Shown one piece after another: positions 29,599 through 37,225 of a stretch of DNA of 64,000 nt. Within the stretch, counting starts at the first letter, position 1; every line of letters begins with the position of its first letter. Below the pieces are notes generated by a model. It was not told the DNA's origin. It did no database searches and worked only from the letters and a program-made list of their open reading frames with translations. Source of the stretch: Alphaproteobacteria bacterium. GTDB taxonomy: Bacteria; Pseudomonadota; Alphaproteobacteria; CAAHEQ01; UBA3637. The stretch spans positions 11,316 through 75,315 of the forward strand of contig JAZUQR010000026.1 in NCBI GenBank assembly GCA_045605805.1, given 5' to 3'. A program made the translations under genes and the position numbers.

Positions 29599-29694
29599 AT
29601 GGAAAAACAACTTAAACTCTTGGCTCAAATCATCCTGCCAACGCTCTTAACCGTATTGAAAGATAATAAAAAAAATAAAAAACACCGATCTTAA
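29599..29694 (+). CDS. 31-aa peptide MEKQLKLLAQIILPTLLTVLKDNKKNKKHRS
   Basis: Strong GAAAGGAG RBS; below the ORF-track length cutoff. Confidence 0.45.
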   Translation: MEKQLKLLAQIILPTLLTVLKDNKKNKKHRS

Positions 29695-29711
29695 GCCAAA
29701 AAAGGATACCT

Positions 29712-30182
29712 CTACTTTTCGGTTTTTTTATAGAGAATAAAGTGAGGTAATTTATCCATATCTATATAATTAAACATTTTATAATTAGCTCGTCTGGCTT
29801 CAGGAGATAAGGTGTACTTTCTTAAATGATCCTTAGGGACGAAAGGATAGAACCAAATCTCATGATGTGAAACACCTTTTTCTTTCCATTTAAAATTGAG
29901 AATTAACAACGGAGGTAAAATCCCAGCTTTCAAAACTTTTTCCATAATGTCCCAACCGGCTCCACGAACAACGGATGAAGGTTTATGGTTAGCACTTTTA
30001 ATTTGGGCGCGAAAATTACAGCCAGTACATTGAATATCACACAGCGGATAATTGTTTGGTAAAAGCATTAACTTTTTACCGCCATTAGGACAACAGACCA
30101 AATCTACAACTTCTTGTTCCCCAAGCTTTCCATTTTCCTGGTTAATTGACATTTCTACCTCCATATCTGTTGTTATATACAT
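29712..30182 (-). CDS. DpnI-like (Dam-replacing family) catalytic-domain nuclease
   Basis: CCPNGG..LPNNYPLCDIQCTGCNFRAQIKS..GAGWDIM resembles the DpnI Zn/PD-(D/E)xK N-terminal domain; true start may be 30152. Confidence 0.7.
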   Translation of the reverse strand: MYITTDMEVEMSINQENGKLGEQEVVDLVCCPNGGKKLMLLPNNYPLCDIQCTGCNFRAQIKSANHKPSSVVRGAGWDIMEKVLKAGILPPLLILNFKWKEKGVSHHEIWFYPFVPKDHLRKYTLSPEARRANYKMFNYIDMDKLPHFILYKKTEK

Positions 30183-30238
30183 AATAACAGCTGAAAGTTT
30201 TAGAATTTACAATATTATTCAAAAATTTTTCTATTTCA

Positions 30239-30271
30239 CTGGACTTCTTCGTTTTTCCAAGCATTCATTGT
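30239..30271 (+). promoter_or_regulatory. Element-specific promoter-like motif, copy 2
   Basis: CTGGAC-N13-CAAGCATTCATTGT then GAAAGGAG RBS. Confidence 0.55.
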
Positions 30272-30293
30272 AATGTAACGAAAGGAGTTTATT

Positions 30294-30608
30294 ATGAATA
30301 CAGTTAAAGTTTATTTGGTGCGAAAACCTTTGGATTTTGAAGAAGTAAAAAACTTATGCAAAAAGTATGCGCATAAGGCCGAAGAGATCTTAATTGAAGA
30401 AACTGTCAACCTACCACCAACTTGGTATGAGGAGTTTTGCCAACGCCCATTGGATAACTACATTTTCTTATCCGGTAAAGGCGGTTATGATGATTTAGGC
30501 CACCGCAAAGTAGTTGCTATAAAATGCCTAGGCAAGCCAACGCTCTAGGTTGATCCTTCCGGCTCAAGCTATTGCCGATATATGGGAGTAGAAAATGAAA
30601 AATTATAA
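30294..30608 (+). pseudogene. Small phage-associated protein (DUF6329-like) with in-frame TAG at 30546
   Basis: Paralog of 45523-45831; after the TAG the frame continues VDPSGSSYCRYMG. Confidence 0.8.
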
Positions 30609-30831
30609 TGACATTCCTCCAAATTACAAAATCAGCATGCCGATGGTTTATAACCACGCAATTAGAGTACTTGATAGGCTGGATAGACGACTGAGCAGAC
30701 TTAACACCCCAGCGCTACCGATTAAATACAAATACGAAATCAATCGTCTAGAACATAAACTGGAACAAATGGTCGCTAAATACAAAGCCATTGAAAAGGA
30801 GTTGGAATATGTCCGAACCAAAATATCCTGA
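30595..30831 (+). CDS. Hypothetical small coiled-coil protein
   Basis: GGGAG RBS; overlaps both neighbours. Confidence 0.6.
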   Translation: MKNYNDIPPNYKISMPMVYNHAIRVLDRLDRRLSRLNTPALPIKYKYEINRLEHKLEQMVAKYKAIEKELEYVRTKIS

Positions 30832-31012
30832 GATAACTGTGCACCTGGCAGGTGAAAATGGGAATGCTTTTTATATTTTAGGCAAATGTCGTTCGGCGAT
30901 GAGGCGTGCTAACATCTCCAAAGAAGAACAAGATGAATTTTACCGCCAAGCCACCGCCAGCGACTATAATCACTTATTCATCACCTGTATGGAATGGTTT
31001 AATGTAGAATAG
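30809..31012 (+). CDS. Small phage-associated hypothetical protein (GxxGNAF motif)
   Basis: Paralog of 45315-45512; AAGGAG RBS. Confidence 0.8.
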   Translation: MSEPKYPEITVHLAGENGNAFYILGKCRSAMRRANISKEEQDEFYRQATASDYNHLFITCMEWFNVE

Positions 31013-31077
31013 GTCTATTTTTCTTGATTTTTTATGAATTAAAGGATATGCTGATTAAAAATCAGGAGGAAATAGCT

Positions 31078-32001
31078 ATGCAACCCAAATTTTTACATTC
31101 TTTTGTGACGCGTTCTCATAAAGGCGTTTATGGCATTATTCGGAAAAATAATCAGATTTTACTCATCCGTAAAGCACGTGGTCCCTATACAGGGCTTTAT
31201 GATTTGCCCGGTGGAAGTCCGGAAGCTGATGAAACACCTGAACAAACAGTGGCTCGTGAAATCAAAGAAGAAACAAATTGTGATTTAATTTCTTGCACCA
31301 ACCAACGTGAAAAAACAATTTTCTTTTCCAAATTTACCAAAGAAAGTGGAGAAGAAGGCTGTATGCAACACACGGGGATTTTGTTTGATGTTAAGGTGGC
31401 GGGTGAACCCACAACCCAAGGGGATGGATTAGATTCCAATGGAGCTGTTTGGGTAGATATCAATACTTTATCCAGTCAAAATGCAACACCTTTTGTTTTA
31501 ATGGGCTGTGGTAAGGAAGTTATCAATTTAGCCAATGAAGAGGATTACCCTGTGGATGTCGCTGTGCGTGGGGAACCTATCCCCGAAGGAAGGTGTCCCA
31601 TGATTGCAGGTCTCTTTTTGTTCAACTCTAAAGGCAATATTATTTTGCAGAAAGTGGCTTTATCAAAGAAAACAGATCCGGGGAAATGGAGTTATTCTGC
31701 TGCTGGGCATGTGGATGCTGGTGAAACTTATGAACAGGCTGCCTTACGTGAATTAAGCGAAGAAATGGGAATTAAGGCCTCCGGCATAACCTTTGTTGGA
31801 AAAGGCCATATATTAAAGAACGGCAATCCTCGTGCTTTTCATCATGTATTCAAGGTGATTTCTGATGATAAGATTACTTTTGAACCGACCGAGGTAGCCG
31901 AAGTTAAAGAATGGACTATTCCGGAATTAAAAGAGCAAATAGGGACTCACCCCGAACAATTCAAAGATATTTTTGCCCAAATTTTTATGGAGGTCTTTTA
32001 A
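31078..32001 (+). CDS. Tandem double NUDIX hydrolase
   Basis: GGSPEADETPEQTVAREIKEET and AGHVDAGETYEQAALRELSEEMG. Confidence 0.9.
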   Translation: MQPKFLHSFVTRSHKGVYGIIRKNNQILLIRKARGPYTGLYDLPGGSPEADETPEQTVAREIKEETNCDLISCTNQREKTIFFSKFTKESGEEGCMQHTGILFDVKVAGEPTTQGDGLDSNGAVWVDINTLSSQNATPFVLMGCGKEVINLANEEDYPVDVAVRGEPIPEGRCPMIAGLFLFNSKGNIILQKVALSKKTDPGKWSYSAAGHVDAGETYEQAALRELSEEMGIKASGITFVGKGHILKNGNPRAFHHVFKVISDDKITFEPTEVAEVKEWTIPELKEQIGTHPEQFKDIFAQIFMEVF

Positions 32002-32014
32002 TCAAGGAGGAAAC

Positions 32015-32449
32015 ATGTCAGGACCAGAAAGATTTAAAGTACCCGTTGGGATTTTTATAATGCTACGTCAAGACGATAAAGTTTTGTTGCAGCTGAGGCA
32101 AAATTGCTCGTTCAGTGGATATTGGGGATTCGTTGGTGGCCATTTGGATGGAAATGAACAGATCATCTCTGCCGCTATTCGTGAAGCAAAAGAGGAAGTC
32201 GGGGTGGATATTTTACCGGACGATTTGACCTTAAAGACCATTTGCCACAGTAATAAAGGCGAAGAGTACCTGCAATTTTATTTTGAATGTCGCAAGTGGT
32301 TAGGTGAAATTGAAAATAAGGAGCCCCACAAATGCGAACGCTTGGAATGGCATGAATGGAATAAGCTCCCTGAGCATACTTGTCCCTATTTGAAGGAAGC
32401 AGTAAGCAAAATCAATTCAGGAATTTCTTTTTACGAGGATACTTTTTAA
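32015..32449 (+). CDS. NUDIX hydrolase
   Basis: GGHLDGNEQIISAAIREAKEEVG; NKEPHKC. Confidence 0.9.
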   Translation: MSGPERFKVPVGIFIMLRQDDKVLLQLRQNCSFSGYWGFVGGHLDGNEQIISAAIREAKEEVGVDILPDDLTLKTICHSNKGEEYLQFYFECRKWLGEIENKEPHKCERLEWHEWNKLPEHTCPYLKEAVSKINSGISFYEDTF

Positions 32450-33039
32450 TGCTGAATAAACTTATTTACTTAACGACAAATCCTCATAAAGTTCAAGAAG
32501 CCAATGAATTTCTTATTAAGAAATATGGGTTTAATTTGGAAATCATGAAACCTTCTTTTGAAGTGCTGGAGATTCAAGCAAAAACTTGTGGCGAGGTTGC
32601 GAAATTTAGCGCTAAGTATGGGGCTGAAAAACTGGGAGTTCCGGTTTTGAAATCCGATTCAGGACTTTATATCGAAGCATTGGGCGGTTTGCCAGGACCT
32701 TATAATGCCTATTTTGACAAGCAAATAGGAACAGAAAAGTTTTTGGATATGATGAAAGATATCCCAAATAGGCATGCTAAATTGGAACATTGTTTTGCTT
32801 ATTGTGAGCCAGGACAAGAACCCATCTTGTTTACAGGGGGAAGTACGGGGCGTATTTCTTATGAAGCCAAAGGAGAGAAAGGGCGTTGGCATGACAAGTT
32901 TTATATCCCTGATGGGGAAGAAAAAACACTCAGCGAATTACGCGCCATCAACCATGAATATGAGGCACAATTTTGGGGACATGCCTTGGATGACTTTGCA
33001 AAATGGTACAAAGAAAAATTAGAAAAGGATAAAATTTAG
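32449..33039 (+). CDS. HAM1/ITPase-family non-canonical purine NTP pyrophosphatase
   Basis: TTNPHKVQE, EIQ, SDSGLYIEALGGLPGPY; canonical SHR motif replaced. Confidence 0.88.
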   Translation: MLNKLIYLTTNPHKVQEANEFLIKKYGFNLEIMKPSFEVLEIQAKTCGEVAKFSAKYGAEKLGVPVLKSDSGLYIEALGGLPGPYNAYFDKQIGTEKFLDMMKDIPNRHAKLEHCFAYCEPGQEPILFTGGSTGRISYEAKGEKGRWHDKFYIPDGEEKTLSELRAINHEYEAQFWGHALDDFAKWYKEKLEKDKI

Positions 33040-33053
33040 TGAAAGGATAACAA

Positions 33054-33635
33054 ATGCAATTACCAGAACAAATTGAATCAGAACGGATTATTTTAAAGCA
33101 CCCTATGAAACCGACCTTTAAATTGGCTGAGGAGCTTTACGCGATTGTGGATAAATCCAGAAATACTTTAAGCGAATGGCTCCCTTGGGTGGATAAAACG
33201 AACTCTGTAGAGGATGAATTTACTGGATATCTGGTGAGTCTGAATCAAAAACATTGGGATGAAGGAAATGGTTTCGGTTATCTTATTTATCAAAAGGAAA
33301 CAAATCAGATTTTAGGCGTTGTGGATTTATGCCATGTTGAGGAAAAACATCAATCCGCCGAAATCGGGTATTGGCTCTCTGATGACGCAACAGGTCATGG
33401 GTATATGCAAGAGGCTGTGCGTGCGTTGGAAAGCGAGGCCTTTCAAAATGGACTTAACCGGATTATCATCAGAAATGATACTTTGAATATACGCTCTGCC
33501 CATGTGGCTGAACGCTGTGGTTATATTTTGGAAGGTGTCATGCGTCAAGATTGTTGGGATGATTATCATCAGCATTTACGTAATACCAATATCTGGAGCA
33601 AACTCAAATCCGAATGGGAGAAAGAACAAAAATGA
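33054..33635 (+). CDS. RimJ/RimL-type GNAT acetyltransferase
   Basis: AEIGYWL...GHGYMQEAV, NIRSAHVAERCGYILEG. Confidence 0.9.
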   Translation: MQLPEQIESERIILKHPMKPTFKLAEELYAIVDKSRNTLSEWLPWVDKTNSVEDEFTGYLVSLNQKHWDEGNGFGYLIYQKETNQILGVVDLCHVEEKHQSAEIGYWLSDDATGHGYMQEAVRALESEAFQNGLNRIIIRNDTLNIRSAHVAERCGYILEGVMRQDCWDDYHQHLRNTNIWSKLKSEWEKEQK

Positions 33636-34843
33636 TTTCACTCAAATCAGCCCCTAGATGGTTATCTATTGCTTATGCCTTAACATCGGCATTGTTTTGC
33701 CTGCCGACATTAATGCTTTTTTATGGGTTTAAAGGTGTTGGTATGGGGGATTTTTTCTTGATTCAAGGGATATCAAATCTCACTGTATTTTTTATGGAAG
33801 TTCCAACCGGCTATATCGGTGATTTGTTTTCCAGAAAACACACTTTAATTATCGGGGTATTGTTTTGGATCTTGGGGCATGTTATTTGGATTTTGGGTTC
33901 AGGATTTTTCATTATTTTACTGGGGGAATTGTTATTTGCATTAGCGATTGCTTTCATTTCCGGCACGGCGGAAGCATATTTATACGATTTATTGAAAAAA
34001 CGACATAAAGAAAGTTTATTCCATAAAAAATATGCTAAAATGAAAATGTTGGATGGAATTGCTTTGATGGTGGCTACGCTGACCGGTGCTTTTATCTATC
34101 AATTTTTGGGGCCAACCATTCCGTTATACTTAACAATTTTCTGTTTAATGTTAAGTGTTGTTATTTTATGGCAATTACCGGATGTTCCCGAATCCAGACG
34201 TATTGTTGACAAAGATAAAAGCAAATGGCAGGATATTTTGGATATTTCCAAATATGCCGTTAAACATCCTGAAATAAAATGGCTGATGCTTTTACCGGCG
34301 GTGTATGGGACATTAACGCTTATTTTGATGTGGGGATTACAATCCGTTATGGTATTTCATCAATTACCTGTATTTGTTTTCAGTTTGATTTTAGGGATAA
34401 ACGCATTGATGAGAACTTTTTGGTCGGGCGTTTCCGGTCGGATATTGGAAAAAATAAACCTTTCCGGAACCATAAAATTGCAAAGTTTAATTATTATCAT
34501 TGCCTCTTTGGGGGCATGTATATCGGCCTATGTTCCGTTATGGGGTGTTTATATATGTTTGGGCTTGATGATTATCGGATCAGCCTCCAGTTCTTTATCC
34601 AGTATCACAACATCTGTTTTGGTCAATCATAGGATTCAATCCAATGAACGGGCGACAATTTTATCGGTTAAATCAATGCTGGCAAAGGCTTTTCATGGGG
34701 TGGGACTTATCTGCTTGAAACCCTTGTTTGACGGAATAGGTGTCGGACCAACTTTTATGGTATCTGCCCTGCTTTTAATCCCTATTCTGATTTGTGCAAG
34801 ACACCTGTATAAGATGAAGTTAAGGATAATGAAAGGGGACTGA
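33632..34843 (+). CDS. MFS transporter
   Basis: EVPTGYIGDLFSRK, SGTAEAYLYD, RATILS. Confidence 0.9.
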   Translation: MISLKSAPRWLSIAYALTSALFCLPTLMLFYGFKGVGMGDFFLIQGISNLTVFFMEVPTGYIGDLFSRKHTLIIGVLFWILGHVIWILGSGFFIILLGELLFALAIAFISGTAEAYLYDLLKKRHKESLFHKKYAKMKMLDGIALMVATLTGAFIYQFLGPTIPLYLTIFCLMLSVVILWQLPDVPESRRIVDKDKSKWQDILDISKYAVKHPEIKWLMLLPAVYGTLTLILMWGLQSVMVFHQLPVFVFSLILGINALMRTFWSGVSGRILEKINLSGTIKLQSLIIIIASLGACISAYVPLWGVYICLGLMIIGSASSSLSSITTSVLVNHRIQSNERATILSVKSMLAKAFHGVGLICLKPLFDGIGVGPTFMVSALLLIPILICARHLYKMKLRIMKGD

Positions 34844-34844
34844 T

Positions 34845-35738
34845 ATGCTGATACTGAACATCAATGGGCCAATGAATTCTGGGAAATCTACGGTTTCTAA
34901 GATTTTGGTGAATATGCTCCCTAACGCCACTTTTATTGAAGTGGATGAATTAATGAGTGATGAGGAACAAGAAAAACTGGGGCTATCCCTGCAACAAGGG
35001 TGGCGGGAACGTCATAAACGATTAAATCAGAAATTAAGGGCTCTTAAAAAATCGCATGAGTATGAAACTGTGATTTTTGCTTATCCGATTGCTGACAATA
35101 CTTATCAGGATTGGAAAATGCTGGAGGATAACCACACAAAGTTTTTGAACATTACCCTTGCGCCCAGTTTGGAAGAATGTTTGAAAAATCGTGGCACACG
35201 AGAACTCACCGATTGGGAAAGAAATCGCATTCGTGAAATGTATGAAGAGGGATATCAAAACCGCCCATACGCCGACTTTATCATCAATAATGACCATCAA
35301 ACACCCAAAGAAACTGCTGAGATTATTAAAGGATTTATTGAACATGCTCTCTCCCCAAAACAACAATGGTTACATTTGGTGGAAAAACGTTGGCCCGCCC
35401 TTTTGAACGGAGAAAAAACTTCCACTTTCCGTTTCAATGAAGGTTTCATCCATAAGGGCTTCTTGGTTTATAAAGACTGCCCAAACGAACAGTTGGCCGA
35501 GGTTGTTTATGTGACACATGTGTATTATGTGCCTTTGCGCCAAGCCAATGAAATAGACGGATATGATGAGCATACACCGGATATGGAAACAGCCTTAAAA
35601 CAAATGCGTGTTCATTATCCAGATATTACTTTGGATACGCCCATTTTATTTGCTCAGCACTTAGGAGTTCCTGAAACCAAACAGAAATATCCAGAAGAAG
35701 TTAAAGAAATATTGGAGAAAATGAATGTCAAAAACTAA
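34845..35738 (+). CDS. P-loop NMP/shikimate-kinase-like domain fused to ASCH-like domain
   Basis: GPMNSGKST Walker A; C-terminal WPALLNGEKTSTFR matches the ASCH GxKxxxxR motif. Confidence 0.7.
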   Translation: MLILNINGPMNSGKSTVSKILVNMLPNATFIEVDELMSDEEQEKLGLSLQQGWRERHKRLNQKLRALKKSHEYETVIFAYPIADNTYQDWKMLEDNHTKFLNITLAPSLEECLKNRGTRELTDWERNRIREMYEEGYQNRPYADFIINNDHQTPKETAEIIKGFIEHALSPKQQWLHLVEKRWPALLNGEKTSTFRFNEGFIHKGFLVYKDCPNEQLAEVVYVTHVYYVPLRQANEIDGYDEHTPDMETALKQMRVHYPDITLDTPILFAQHLGVPETKQKYPEEVKEILEKMNVKN

Positions 35739-36132
35739 ATTATCAGTATGTGGTGTCATTGTACATCAGAGCAAATTTCTAATAGTCAAACGTTCTGAAA
35801 CAGATGACTTTTTGCCAAATTGTTGGGAATTCCCTGGTGGTGGTGTAGAAGATGGTGAAACAATATCCGAAGCCTTGAAACGAGAAATAAAAGAAGAAAT
35901 AGGTTGGGATATATCAAATGAATATCCAAAACTCATCGGTATTTCTGAAGAGTTTATGAATGAAGAAAAAACAGAAAGATATTTACAATTAAATTATAAG
36001 ATTGTTATGGACACAGAACCCAACATGACACTCAGTTCCGAACATGTCGCTTTTGATTGGGCGGACACGACCGATTCCAGATTGGACGATTTTCTAAAAG
36101 AGATTATTAGGCAACTGAATACAACAATCTAA
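35725..36132 (+). CDS. NUDIX hydrolase
   Basis: WEFPGGGVEDGETISEALKREIKEEIG, LSSEH. Confidence 0.9.
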   Translation: MSKTKLSVCGVIVHQSKFLIVKRSETDDFLPNCWEFPGGGVEDGETISEALKREIKEEIGWDISNEYPKLIGISEEFMNEEKTERYLQLNYKIVMDTEPNMTLSSEHVAFDWADTTDSRLDDFLKEIIRQLNTTI

Positions 36133-36514
36133 ACTCTTCGCATTCTAACATTGTGTCAGGGGTAATGTCTTTCCAATATGCCTTGTGAATTTTGCGCCAA
36201 GTAGCAAGGGTTTTATCTCCTTCGCCTTCTTTACGAGCAAAATCGGCATCTACATTATTAAAAGGAACAACAGAGACTTTGGTATCCTCAATAATTGCTT
36301 GAGCATTACCAGTAGAATCTAGGATAATACTGATATCTCCTGCTTGATTGGTATTGCCACCTCGATAAATGCAACTAGTGGCCGTTTTCTCGCCACTTAT
36401 GACCAATTGCAACAACTCATCTGGTTTGTCGCCAAAAGTAAAGATGTCATAAGATTTGCCTTTATATGATGGGAACTTTTCAACAAACTCTTTCCATAAT
36501 TGTTCGGGAGTCAT
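36107..36514 (-). CDS. ASCH domain protein
   Basis: LVISGEKTATS, FARKEGEGDKTLATWRKIH. Confidence 0.9.
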   Translation of the reverse strand: MTPEQLWKEFVEKFPSYKGKSYDIFTFGDKPDELLQLVISGEKTATSCIYRGGNTNQAGDISIILDSTGNAQAIIEDTKVSVVPFNNVDADFARKEGEGDKTLATWRKIHKAYWKDITPDTMLECEEFRLLYSVA

Positions 36515-36768
36515 TTGTTTCGCGCTCCTTTTACCCCAAAGACAGCTTTGAAGTTATACCTGTTCTTGTGAATAAGTTCAACCCCATGGGCTTTGGATAT
36601 AACCAGAACATATTTGCCTATCCACAGACGAAAGTAATAACTTTTAATGGCTAATTTAATATTTTCTTTTGTGCGATATTCAGTACCATCAGCCCGCTCC
36701 ACTTCAACACTTCGGCCGAAGCCAAAGCGATTGTTATCCAAATCAAATCCGTATTCAATGTAAATCAT
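36511..36768 (-). CDS. Small hypothetical protein (DUF3977-like)
   Basis: YIEYG..EVERADGTEYR..YFRLWIGK; overlaps neighbours. Confidence 0.6.
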   Translation of the reverse strand: MIYIEYGFDLDNNRFGFGRSVEVERADGTEYRTKENIKLAIKSYYFRLWIGKYVLVISKAHGVELIHKNRYNFKAVFGVKGARNK

Positions 36769-37225
36769 TTTTCTCCAAATAATCTAAAAACGCTTGGCAA
36801 CCTTCATAAATATCCCAATAGGTTTCATCAAAGTTGCCAGTGTACCAAGGGTCTTTAACTGGTCGAGGATTTTGGGTGAAGTCCAACAGACGATGCACTT
36901 TATGGTCTTTATCCTCGCCAACGATATCCAAAATATCCCGCACATTGTTATCGTCCATCGCCAAAATATAGTCAAATTTATCATAGTCGGACTTGCGAAT
37001 TTGACGCGAGTAGTGTTGGGTGAAAGGGACTTTCATCTGCCGAAGCATATCCGCCGCTCGGTAATCCAGCGCCTCATGCACCATTTCGTTATACCCCTCT
37101 GTCGCGGCAGAGACAATTTCAAACTTGTCCGCTACACCTTTCTCAGCGACCATTTGCTTCATCACAAATTCCGCCATTGGCGACCGACAAATATTTCCAA
37201 GACATACGAATAGAACTTTAATCAT
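36755..37225 (-). CDS. Low molecular weight protein-tyrosine phosphatase
   Basis: FVCLGNICRSPMAE, DPWY. Confidence 0.95.
   Translation of the reverse strand: MIKVLFVCLGNICRSPMAEFVMKQMVAEKGVADKFEIVSAATEGYNEMVHEALDYRAADMLRQMKVPFTQHYSRQIRKSDYDKFDYILAMDDNNVRDILDIVGEDKDHKVHRLLDFTQNPRPVKDPWYTGNFDETYWDIYEGCQAFLDYLEKNDLH

Noticed and set aside
31078-36514. Integron cassette array
   Set aside because: Genes overlap or abut with no room for attC sites; no integron integrase
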